64,000 nt of DNA. Source: a virus (taxonomy: Duplodnaviria; Caudoviricetes). The stretch is from the IMG/VR virus record IMGVR_UViG_3300032007_000001. One strand, given 5' to 3'. A model generated the notes under the pieces. The model saw only the letters and a list, made by a program, of their open reading frames with translations. It made no database searches and was not told where the DNA came from. This document shows positions 46,425 through 55,220 of the stretch, in pieces; within the stretch, counting starts at the first letter, position 1; each line of letters begins with the position of its first letter. A program made the position numbers and the translations under genes.

Positions 46425-46967
46425 TTGCTGCCTAATAGAACCGTATTTTCGCCAAATTTGGTTTATCCAAGAATGACTTATTATACGAGAGTTGTTGATA
46501 ATCAAACCGGCGAACAAGTTTTTCCTTGGTTAAGTACATCTAGAAATAAAAACATTTTTTATGGATGTGTCGATGCAATAAATGGCGGAGAAAGCGACTT
46601 TATAGTAGAATACGACATATATAATAATGAACCTTATGCTTGGGACGGACAAGGCGCATCTCTTACAGCAATGAATGCAGTAGAATGTAATTTATACATA
46701 GATTTTTCGTCTGAATGTAGAAATATAGGTAATTTCTTCTATTGCCGTTGCGTAACATACGACCCGCATGCTGAATGGGAAGCAATCACACCAGCTCATC
46801 CAAAATATACTAAAATTCAAGGAGCAGCATCTCCAGATTTTGGTACTATTCTTGGAGTTGGTGACCATGCCGTTATACAAACAAAACTGATGTTAAAAAA
46901 GAATACTACAATTTGTAAAGAAATGTATAATTTCCAATTGCGGTTCAGTTATAAATATAGAAGGTGA
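46425..46967 (+). CDS. Probable virion structural protein
   Basis: First gene of the neck/tail operon; TTG start, SD GAGG. Confidence 0.65.
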   Translation: MLPNRTVFSPNLVYPRMTYYTRVVDNQTGEQVFPWLSTSRNKNIFYGCVDAINGGESDFIVEYDIYNNEPYAWDGQGASLTAMNAVECNLYIDFSSECRNIGNFFYCRCVTYDPHAEWEAITPAHPKYTKIQGAASPDFGTILGVGDHAVIQTKLMLKKNTTICKEMYNFQLRFSYKYRR

Positions 46968-46968
46968 T

Positions 46969-47748
46969 ATGATGCCAATTAAAGAATTAGCTAAAAAATC
47001 AATCACCTTTGATTGCTATTTTATGCCATTAGGAATGGAAAGCGATAGAAATCCTTTATTTGCATCATTTAAGAATGAACCGCATCCAGAAGAATTAATT
47101 TTATTCATGGACAATAAAGAAATTGGTAATTATTCTGATATTGATTTTCAAAGATATTCTTTGCGTCCCGTTATCGGTTATATAAAAAATGGTGATAAAA
47201 TTTACAAAAATGCAAAAGTCAATTTTGTAAAAAAAGGAGAAAAACGTTTTGCTAACATTTATGCAGATACTTGTTATACAAATTCTGCTGGTATGTACAA
47301 AGCTTATATAACTCCAGGAACATATGATATTGAAGTTATTTTTAATAATAACAAATATATAAATAAAGACCAAGAAATAAAAAATGGTTTAGCATATCCA
47401 TTTTATGTTTTTGTTAAAGCCGCCATCAAAAATCATGTCAAAGACACTGTGACATTTACAAATTCGGAGTATATATACATATCAAATTACTTAAAAGACG
47501 AAGCTGATAGGCCTCTTCCAAATGCAGAAATTATTGTATATGATGAAAGTTATATTTACGCATATGTTTTGACAAATAAAGATGGCAGATATACATTCGC
47601 ATTGAAGCCAGGAACATATAATGTACTTATTCGTTCTAAAGATAGAAACGCAAAACATTCAAAAATAGAATTAAATGGACATAATGGATTTGATGAACAA
47701 TTAAAAAAAGATAATTTGTTTTCAAAAGAAGCTATGATTTTATTGTAA
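46969..47748 (+). CDS. Probable virion protein with two prealbumin-like (carboxypeptidase-regulatory) beta modules
   Basis: TNSAGMY..YITPGTYDI and TNKDGRYTFALKPGTYNV. Confidence 0.7.
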   Translation: MMPIKELAKKSITFDCYFMPLGMESDRNPLFASFKNEPHPEELILFMDNKEIGNYSDIDFQRYSLRPVIGYIKNGDKIYKNAKVNFVKKGEKRFANIYADTCYTNSAGMYKAYITPGTYDIEVIFNNNKYINKDQEIKNGLAYPFYVFVKAAIKNHVKDTVTFTNSEYIYISNYLKDEADRPLPNAEIIVYDESYIYAYVLTNKDGRYTFALKPGTYNVLIRSKDRNAKHSKIELNGHNGFDEQLKKDNLFSKEAMILL

Positions 47749-47761
47749 AGGGGGTTAGTCA

Positions 47762-48601
47762 ATGAACATTATTTTTCAAAAACAATTACCACCTCCTGAA
47801 CATATTATGATTTCATATGCTAGAGACCAAAAACATCTAATCATAACATGGGAAGAAGTAAGAAACCCAGATAAATATGTAATCAATAAAACAATAAAAA
47901 AAGTACTATATAACGTTTACAAAGGTTCTTCTCAAAATGGATTGTTCTATAAAATAAACGATTTGCCATTACAAACAAATCGTTTTGAAGATAAAGACAT
48001 CAATGTAAATCCAAACATAATGAATTGGTACAAAATTTCCTCTGTATACGAAGATGAAAATGGAAATTTTATTGAGGGTGAATCTTCAAGGCCATCAACA
48101 TTTAGAATTAGAAATACAGATAAATGGTTCTTCAAAATAAATGAAAGAAACTATTGGATTTTGAAAAACACTGGAATGTTGTTTGATTTATATACAAGAA
48201 AATATGATGGTGAAAGATGTCCACAATGTTATGATGAAATAAGAGGACGGTCTGGAAGTAATTCTTGCGACATGTGTTATGGTACTGGTTGGGTTGGTGG
48301 ATATGACCCAGCATTCCAATTATATGTAAGACTGAAACCAGTAGAACAATATCTCGGCGTTTCAAATCAAATGTTTGTAAATGAAAATAGTCCTGGTGCT
48401 TGGACAATTTCAGACACAATCATAAAAAATAGAGACATTTTAATTTCTCCAGACGGAACGTTTTATCAAGTAATAGCTCATCAAGTCAATCAGGCTGGTG
48501 GATATTTATTCCATCAAGAATTAAGATTAAAGGCTTATGACCCATTAGACGTCATATATAAAATGAAAAGAACCACACTTTATCCAAAAGAATTTGAATA
48601 A
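47762..48601 (+). CDS. Neck / head-closure-like protein (FN3-like + Cys cluster)
   Basis: ITW..YNVYK..FED..WYKISSV; GERCPQC...SCDMCYGTGWVGGY; position upstream of the sheath. Confidence 0.65.
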   Translation: MNIIFQKQLPPPEHIMISYARDQKHLIITWEEVRNPDKYVINKTIKKVLYNVYKGSSQNGLFYKINDLPLQTNRFEDKDINVNPNIMNWYKISSVYEDENGNFIEGESSRPSTFRIRNTDKWFFKINERNYWILKNTGMLFDLYTRKYDGERCPQCYDEIRGRSGSNSCDMCYGTGWVGGYDPAFQLYVRLKPVEQYLGVSNQMFVNENSPGAWTISDTIIKNRDILISPDGTFYQVIAHQVNQAGGYLFHQELRLKAYDPLDVIYKMKRTTLYPKEFE

Positions 48602-48676
48602 ATATATAAATTAAAATTCAAAAAACAATCTATTATTTAAGTAGGAGAAGATTTATCCTTTAAGGATTGGTTAGAA

Positions 48677-49339
48677 ATGATAGTAGAACATGCAGAAAGA
48701 CATATAAAAGATGTCATAATTTCATTTCTTCGGTTATATTTCAGAAATCCTAAAAACTATATGCATAAACTTCCTCGGCAAATACCAAAAGATTATTTTG
48801 CGAAAGCAGTATTCTTTGATACAGAACCCGAGGAATTAAGAGAATTTCCATTAGCGATAATAACAACATTCTCTGGCACAATGGTTACTGCTGGATTGTC
48901 TGATTTTTGCCAAGAAATTAAAGACCCGCGTTCTGGAAGTATCATTGCTTACCGCTATCAAGGCTTTTATGAGTTCGGAGTCCAAATAGACATTGGATGC
49001 AAGAATACATTAGAAAGAGAAACGTTTGCTGATTTAATAGCTAAAGCATTAAGATTTTCTTTGAGAAGATTCATTCAAAATCAAGGAATAATCATTAAAA
49101 ATGTTAGCTATAGCAACGAATCGACAATAGACTACAATTCAGATAAGATATACATAGCATCTATCAAATTAGATACATGGTCTTCTTGGATTGAAGATGT
49201 AGAATTACTCGATCCAAACGAATTCTCTCTCAAAGGTTCTATGTCTGCTACAGGCGATGATACTACCGATGCAAAAAGCTATATAAACACCAATGCAGAT
49301 GATTATCGGCATAATGGTGAAGATAAATCAGATTCTTAA
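48677..49339 (+). CDS. Tail terminator / completion-like protein
   Basis: REFPLAIIT motif; immediately upstream of the sheath. Confidence 0.6.
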   Translation: MIVEHAERHIKDVIISFLRLYFRNPKNYMHKLPRQIPKDYFAKAVFFDTEPEELREFPLAIITTFSGTMVTAGLSDFCQEIKDPRSGSIIAYRYQGFYEFGVQIDIGCKNTLERETFADLIAKALRFSLRRFIQNQGIIIKNVSYSNESTIDYNSDKIYIASIKLDTWSSWIEDVELLDPNEFSLKGSMSATGDDTTDAKSYINTNADDYRHNGEDKSDS

Positions 49340-49362
49340 TAAATGGAAGGAGGTCATTAGAC

Positions 49363-51516
49363 ATGCCTTATCGCGTACCAGGTGCGTATGCGCGTTTTAT
49401 AAAAACCGCCTCGCCAGTCAACAACGTAGGAGCAACACGTGTTCTCGGTCTTGTCGGTACAGGTGCAAACTACTTCGAAGTTTACAACGAAGCAATTAAA
49501 AAATCACATTCGCAAAGCTATGACCAACTCTCTCAGAACAACGTATTTGAGATTATCTCTCTTACAGACCGTGCACTTTCAAACGGTTCAATCGTTAGAG
49601 GGTCTACAATCTACGAAGAGGGCGTTGCTTACGAGCTTAAAGACGGAAACAAGATTGCTTGGAATACAATTGCTCCAGCAGAACTTTCAGTTACTGCTGC
49701 TACTCCAACAGAAGCATCAATTCAGTTGAAAAATCAAGTTACAGCTATTATCAATGACAACAACGAATATCTCGTACAAGATGGTAGCTACACACTCGAA
49801 ATTTCTTATATTGAAGATGCTTGGGACCATTCAGAAACAAACCATGTCAATGTTGGTTGCTATAGAGTAATCAATAATCAGACAAAACAAATTGTTGGTG
49901 AATGGGGAGTAAGTGGAGAATGGAATGAAGAAGCAGTCCCAGGATTAAAACTTAAGATTGAAGACGTATTTGTTCCGAATTCTGAAGGTGAATCCATAAC
50001 AAAAGTTGGGGACGCTGTAATCATTACGACAAAAGCTCCAAAAACAGAAATTGAAGCAAATGTTTCTTTCAACGAAGAAGTTATTGGATATAATCCAGCA
50101 TTTGCAAAATCATTCATGTGTCTCAATGAATCAACAGCTGCTAATGACGCAGAAAAAGAATATTTCATGATAGTTGATTCAGAATCAATCACAAATGGCG
50201 ATTATGAAATTGTTTATACATCTTCATCTCCTCAAATGATTGAAATCAACAATGTAAGCGAAGATTTTGATACTTCTCTGAATCCAATTTACTCTGGTGA
50301 AGTTGGAACAGTTGCAGAATATCTTAACATTATCCCTGGCATTACATTCATTCTTAATGAAGTTAGTGAAGAAGTAAATGTTGGCGATACTGTCGGTATT
50401 CATGTTCAAGCTCCAACTCGTGGAGATGCAATCGCCGAAGATGATGTTTACTACATCTCTTATAAGTACAAGAAAGCAGAAGAAGATTACGACCCAATCC
50501 TCTATTACAACTACGACGATGTTATTCAGGCTTATGGCAACTACGATGTCACGGCATCTGGTGTTGTTATCAACTCATTAACGCTTGCTGCAGAACTTGC
50601 ATTTAGAGCCGGTGTCAATCCAATTGTTTGCGTACAGGCTAAGAATGATTCAGATTACGAAATTAAGAAAGCAATTGATAAACTGACAGCAGATGTTGCT
50701 GGTGCTGAAAATGTTAATATTATCGTACCTCTTACAACGTCACCATCTGTTGGTTCATATATGCAAGACCACGTTGATTTTATGTCGTCTGAACAGGGTG
50801 CACATGAACGTATGTGCTATCTTGGAGCATATCCAAAACAGCCAATCAATAAATTTGCAACAGCCGCTGATAAAACAATCGGTATGAAACAACAGGCTGA
50901 AGCTTATAGCGATGAACGTGTTGTTTATTGCGTTCCTGGCCGTGTTACTTATGATATCAAGAATCTGCAAACAGGCAGAATCAATACAAGAACTCTTCCT
51001 GGTTGCTATCTTGCTCTTGGTGCTGCTACAATTGCTCTTACTCAAGACGTTGCAGAACCACTTACAAGAAAGAAGATTCGTTGTGGATTTGGCGATTTAT
51101 TGGATGTTTATACAGAAACAGAAAAGAACGCTTTGGCAGAATCCGGTTGCTGTGTAATTGAACAAAAATCGTCAGGTATCAGAGTACGTCATGGTATCAC
51201 AACCCAGGATGACGAAGTTAATACAACTGAAATTACACTTATTCAAATCAAAGACTATGTCATTGCCCAATGCCGCAAATCTTGCGATGCTCTTTACATC
51301 GGTATCAAGAATCTGCCTGGCAGAAAAGCAGACATCCAATATACAATTTCATCAATTCTTTCGCAATTCATGTCACAAGAAATTATTCTTGGATATCAAG
51401 GACTTTCTGTAAAAGATTCTCCAGACGACCCGAGAGAAGTCCTCGTAAACTTTGAAATCGAAGCAGTATATCCGTTGAACTATGTAACTATTACGTTCGG
51501 TTTCGCTGCTACCTAA
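49363..51516 (+). CDS. Contractile tail sheath protein
   Basis: N-terminal Y..PGAY, GLVG, AEPLTRK, VRHGITT, EIT...IKDY, C-terminal AVYPLNYVTITF. Confidence 0.9.
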   Translation: MPYRVPGAYARFIKTASPVNNVGATRVLGLVGTGANYFEVYNEAIKKSHSQSYDQLSQNNVFEIISLTDRALSNGSIVRGSTIYEEGVAYELKDGNKIAWNTIAPAELSVTAATPTEASIQLKNQVTAIINDNNEYLVQDGSYTLEISYIEDAWDHSETNHVNVGCYRVINNQTKQIVGEWGVSGEWNEEAVPGLKLKIEDVFVPNSEGESITKVGDAVIITTKAPKTEIEANVSFNEEVIGYNPAFAKSFMCLNESTAANDAEKEYFMIVDSESITNGDYEIVYTSSSPQMIEINNVSEDFDTSLNPIYSGEVGTVAEYLNIIPGITFILNEVSEEVNVGDTVGIHVQAPTRGDAIAEDDVYYISYKYKKAEEDYDPILYYNYDDVIQAYGNYDVTASGVVINSLTLAAELAFRAGVNPIVCVQAKNDSDYEIKKAIDKLTADVAGAENVNIIVPLTTSPSVGSYMQDHVDFMSSEQGAHERMCYLGAYPKQPINKFATAADKTIGMKQQAEAYSDERVVYCVPGRVTYDIKNLQTGRINTRTLPGCYLALGAATIALTQDVAEPLTRKKIRCGFGDLLDVYTETEKNALAESGCCVIEQKSSGIRVRHGITTQDDEVNTTEITLIQIKDYVIAQCRKSCDALYIGIKNLPGRKADIQYTISSILSQFMSQEIILGYQGLSVKDSPDDPREVLVNFEIEAVYPLNYVTITFGFAAT

Positions 51517-51536
51517 TAAGAGAGGTGAAACGGTAA

Positions 51537-52190
51537 ATGGCGGACAAGTTGGAAAACGTAATTGACGGTACTAAAGCAGCATTTCCTTCTAAAGTAAATA
51601 AAATGCTGAATACCCAAAGAGCAACTGGAATGCCTGAAATTGGTGATAATAGTGCCACGTTGCCTATTACATCAACGAACGTAGAAGTTTATGCTAACAA
51701 CATGCGAGTTGGCATAGTTCAGGAATTTACACCTTCTGAAAGTCGTACTATTACTCCGATACAAGAACTTGGTACTGAGGGAGTTGTCCAAATGCTCCCT
51801 CAAAATACCAACGGTGGTACAATTTCTCTCAGAAGATTTGCTCTTTTCAATTCAACATTGGCAAATGCTATTGGTTTAACCAGAACCGGTCAATTCATGC
51901 CAGCAAATGATAGTGATTATGTATATGGTACAGCATCTACTATGGATTCTGCATCAAGGACGTATGGTAACCCCTTCAAAACATTAAAAGACCAGCGCGT
52001 TCCATTGGAATTCAAGGTAAAAGTTCGTCTTCCAGACGACCAAAACGATTCTTACCATGTAGATACATATATTGATTGTTGGTTACAACAGTATGGTAAA
52101 TCATATGCTACAAATCAGATTCAAATTACCGAAACAGCAACTATTTCCTATAGTGATGTATACGGTGAAAAAATTTCTAGCACGAGCTAA
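51537..52190 (+). CDS. Tail tube protein 1
   Basis: Follows the sheath; VGIVQEFTPSESR..IQELG, TYIDCW, ETATISY. Confidence 0.8.
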   Translation: MADKLENVIDGTKAAFPSKVNKMLNTQRATGMPEIGDNSATLPITSTNVEVYANNMRVGIVQEFTPSESRTITPIQELGTEGVVQMLPQNTNGGTISLRRFALFNSTLANAIGLTRTGQFMPANDSDYVYGTASTMDSASRTYGNPFKTLKDQRVPLEFKVKVRLPDDQNDSYHVDTYIDCWLQQYGKSYATNQIQITETATISYSDVYGEKISSTS

Positions 52191-52203
52191 GAGGTGAGAA
52201 GCA

Positions 52204-52923
52204 ATGGCAATAACTAATCCTGGTTATGATGCTAATACGCATTTTAACTATTTCGAACAACACGATGCTGTAAATTCCAATATTGCTAATACTTCTACAA
52301 ATACTCATCGTGCTACTAGAAATGATATTAGAACAGCTGAGAATGATTTCAACCCACAAACGGCGTTTGATAATTCATTACTCACAACTTCTACAAATAC
52401 TTTCATCTTTGCTAATGGTTCAATTGTTGGCATGGTTCAAAGCTTCAATGTCAGCGAATCAAGAGGCGTAAATAAATTACAAGCCATTGGATGGGAAGGC
52501 GTTGTACAAGCTGTTCCAGAAAACACGAAAGGTGGTTCATTGACTATGTCTCGCATAGCATTATATGAATCACAAATCTGGAATGCTCTTGGCTTAACAA
52601 CTTCTGGACGTCCATTTAACCAAATTGGTGCAAAAGTATATGATGCTGAAGCCGAAGGAGATACTTGGGACCAAAGTTCAATGTCACCAGAATCAATTGA
52701 TGCTAGAGCATATAAAACAGCTACGAATTTGGTATTTAATACTTTACGTCAACAAAAAGTTCCTCTTGAAATCCAAGTCAAGACAAGAGCTCATGGTAAA
52801 GAAGAAAAATATTGGGTAGAAACATACATTGATTGCTGGCTTTCAAGCTATAGAAAATCTTATAGCGTCGGCAGCATTACAGTTGCTGAAGATGTCACGA
52901 TTATGTACGGAGACACATATTAA
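52204..52923 (+). CDS. Tail tube protein 2 (paralogue)
   Basis: VGMVQSFNVSESR..LQAIG.EGVVQ, VPLE, TYIDCW, EDVTIMY. Confidence 0.8.
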   Translation: MAITNPGYDANTHFNYFEQHDAVNSNIANTSTNTHRATRNDIRTAENDFNPQTAFDNSLLTTSTNTFIFANGSIVGMVQSFNVSESRGVNKLQAIGWEGVVQAVPENTKGGSLTMSRIALYESQIWNALGLTTSGRPFNQIGAKVYDAEAEGDTWDQSSMSPESIDARAYKTATNLVFNTLRQQKVPLEIQVKTRAHGKEEKYWVETYIDCWLSSYRKSYSVGSITVAEDVTIMYGDTY

Positions 52924-52924
52924 T

Positions 52925-52951
52925 AAAAAGGAGGATTTATTCCTCCTTTTT
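52925..52951. terminator. Bidirectional terminator
   Basis: AAAAAGGAGGA-TTTAT-TCCTCCTTTTT. Confidence 0.8.
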
Positions 52952-52954
52952 ATC

Positions 52955-53767
52955 TTAATTTGATACTGCACTTCCAGATGGCAATGTATCTAACAATTCA
53001 TTCCCAATATCTTTATATTTTATAGTTTGATATATATAAGAACTTTTACAATGAATATTTAAGGAACTCCATTCACCAAGCAATTGATAATACAAATTAC
53101 ATTCTCTATTTTCTTTACCGGAAGAAGTTGTTCTTGGTTTATAATAAGCATATAATCTTGGTTTTATGACGTTATTGCCGGTAAATAATGTTTTAAAATG
53201 TAAACTATCACCAATAGTGTCAGCATTAATGCCAGTAAGACAAAACTTGGCGTAATCTTCATGAAAACCATTACCGGTATTATTATTTTTACTGCAATAT
53301 GATACATCTATAAAAACACCAAAATCTCCAGATATATCATAAATTGTTAATAATTTTAAGTATTTGTTGTTTGTATTAGCCGCTGTTAAATGAAAAACAA
53401 CATCTATTTCTCTAGAATCATCACTTTTATAAGAATTATAACAACTATTATTCATTGGGTCTGTGAATGTTGTATATTTATGAGTATGATTTATAATTGC
53501 ATATGTATTTTCTATACTATCTAATTTTGTTTTATCTACACTACTCATCATTCCATTACTAGATGCAGTTACTATATTATGTATATGATTAACATCTGCT
53601 GCATTAATAGAATTTCTTAAAGAATCAGCATTATCTATAGTCTTATTTATATTTTTCATATAAGAAGTTATATCTTCTATTTGGTCTACTTCTGTTTCTA
53701 AATGATGTAATTCTTGAGAATTTGTAGATGGATTGGGTAGATATAGTTTAGATTTTCTTGTAGTCAT
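52955..53767 (-). CDS. Short fibre-like protein
   Basis: HIH..TASSNGMMSSVDKTKLD..NHTH fibre-shaft motifs; start reset to ATG 53767 (SD GGAGG). Confidence 0.65.
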   Translation of the reverse strand: MTTRKSKLYLPNPSTNSQELHHLETEVDQIEDITSYMKNINKTIDNADSLRNSINAADVNHIHNIVTASSNGMMSSVDKTKLDSIENTYAIINHTHKYTTFTDPMNNSCYNSYKSDDSREIDVVFHLTAANTNNKYLKLLTIYDISGDFGVFIDVSYCSKNNNTGNGFHEDYAKFCLTGINADTIGDSLHFKTLFTGNNVIKPRLYAYYKPRTTSSGKENRECNLYYQLLGEWSSLNIHCKSSYIYQTIKYKDIGNELLDTLPSGSAVSN

Positions 53768-53848
53768 ATTTTTCCTCCATTTTTTTATCTCTATATAAAA
53801 AATAAAAAAAATTAAGAGCATAATTTTTATGCTCTTAAAAATCAACAA

Positions 53849-54301
53849 TTAATATTGTACCTTAAAAAACGATTTACTATCTTTGTCAAAAACTGCAAAT
53901 TTACCAGTAATAGTAAAGTCAGTTATCCAGCGCCATTCACATTTTGCTGTATCAACAGCTTTACCTCCATTAAGTACCATTATAGTTACGTGTGCTACTT
54001 TATTTTGTGAATAATGATTTTTGTCTTTTATTTTTATGCCAATATTTGTAATTTCATCTTTTTCGTTTTTTAATATTCCAACTGCAACTACTTGAAGAGT
54101 AACTTCTTTTTCAAGAATATCACTTGTATAAATCTCTTCTCTTTTTGGCCTAAAAATACAAGTCATATGCACTTCATTTTTTGCATATGACAGAAATTTA
54201 CGTATTGCTGATATTGTAGAAAGAACATCTAGAATCTTTTTTAATGATTTTTCACTTATCAAAATGCCTTGGAATATTATATCTCTCCAAAAAATCTCCA
54301 T
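53849..54301 (-). CDS. 2H-phosphoesterase-family protein
   Basis: Two HxT motifs (VHMTC, AHVTI) ~60 aa apart, followed by GGKAV. Confidence 0.7.
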   Translation of the reverse strand: MEIFWRDIIFQGILISEKSLKKILDVLSTISAIRKFLSYAKNEVHMTCIFRPKREEIYTSDILEKEVTLQVVAVGILKNEKDEITNIGIKIKDKNHYSQNKVAHVTIMVLNGGKAVDTAKCEWRWITDFTITGKFAVFDKDSKSFFKVQY

Positions 54302-54318
54302 TTATTTTTCAACTCCGG

Positions 54319-54507
54319 TTATTGAATACTGCATGCTTGTTCTATATATATTTTATCAAATTTTTTCGTAAATATATTTATATCTGTTGGAGCATTCAAC
54401 GCTGCAAGAGCGCGAGATATTCTTAATGCAGATTCTGCATCATCCATAGCATTTGCACCATCATATGCATATTCCAACATCTCTCTAATTTCTTTCAATG
54501 AATCCAC
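54319..54507 (-). CDS. Hypothetical protein
   Basis: SD GAGGAG, operon context. Confidence 0.55.
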   Translation of the reverse strand: MDSLKEIREMLEYAYDGANAMDDAESALRISRALAALNAPTDINIFTKKFDKIYIEQACSIQ

Positions 54508-54509
54508 AT

Positions 54510-54713
54510 TTATTCTCCTCTCTTTTCAACCTCTACTTTCATAACCATACCAGTAATTACTTTTGTAAAATCGTCCAAATTTAATTCAATAATTTCCCTA
54601 TTTCGTTTTTCGTCTCTAATTTCAATAACCATTTTTTCATTTGAAGACCTTGTAATAGATAAATACGCTTCTTTCTTCACTTTTCTCATCCTTTCGTTAT
54701 ATGTTTCCAACAA
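54510..54713 (-). CDS. Hypothetical protein
   Basis: Operon context; true start probably MRKVK overlapping the upstream stop. Confidence 0.55.
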   Translation of the reverse strand: MLETYNERMRKVKKEAYLSITRSSNEKMVIEIRDEKRNREIIELNLDDFTKVITGMVMKVEVEKRGE

Positions 54714-55126
54714 ATCGGACCAAAACCACGTTCAATGGATTCGTCATCATCGAGCTTTCTACCGCAGCAAGCGCAACGCCCATGATGAATCATAACCATC
54801 GGATGAGGAAGTTTGTTATTTCCTCTATTGATAGCATAAATTATGCCCTTGATGGCCGGTGCTGTGTTATCAAGAGTACCTTTCTTACCTTTGCTATAGA
54901 AAAAAGTTCCATTTTCAAATTTACAAATATATCCGGCATACACGAAATCATGACCATTTTTTACTTTTACAAAAAACAATTCTTTGCCATTTTCAGATTT
55001 CTTTTTACTCTTATTTACCTTATATTTATATTCGATATTCGAAACAACGTTTTTGATAGTAAATTCAGCTTTTCCACCAAAAATAAAATTCTTTGCCGTC
55101 TTTACTTCATTCGTCATTTTAATCAT
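54686..55126 (-). CDS. DUF6011-like Zn-binding protein
   Basis: HHGRCACCGRKLDDDESIERGFGPIC. Confidence 0.75.
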   Translation of the reverse strand: MIKMTNEVKTAKNFIFGGKAEFTIKNVVSNIEYKYKVNKSKKKSENGKELFFVKVKNGHDFVYAGYICKFENGTFFYSKGKKGTLDNTAPAIKGIIYAINRGNNKLPHPMVMIHHGRCACCGRKLDDDESIERGFGPICWKHITKG

Positions 55127-55147
55127 TCCTTTCTATTTTATGGTTAT

Positions 55148-55183
55148 ATTATACCATAAAACAAAGGAAATGTAAATAGTTTT
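55148..55183 (-). promoter_or_regulatory. Early promoter
   Basis: Minus strand AAAACTA-TTTACA-17 nt-(TGG)TATAAT. Confidence 0.8.
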
Positions 55184-55187
55184 ATGC

Positions 55188-55219
55188 AAAAAAAGAGGAG
55201 AAAATTTCTCCTCTTTTTT
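55188..55219. terminator. Terminator
   Basis: AAAAAAAGAGGAGAAA-A-TTTCTCCTCTTTTTT. Confidence 0.75.
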
Positions 55220-55220
55220 A

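Noticed and set aside
49363-52923. Bacterial eCIS/tailocin locus
   Set aside because: Context includes head-tail connector-like genes, a primase and phage nucleotide metabolism, which indicates a phage
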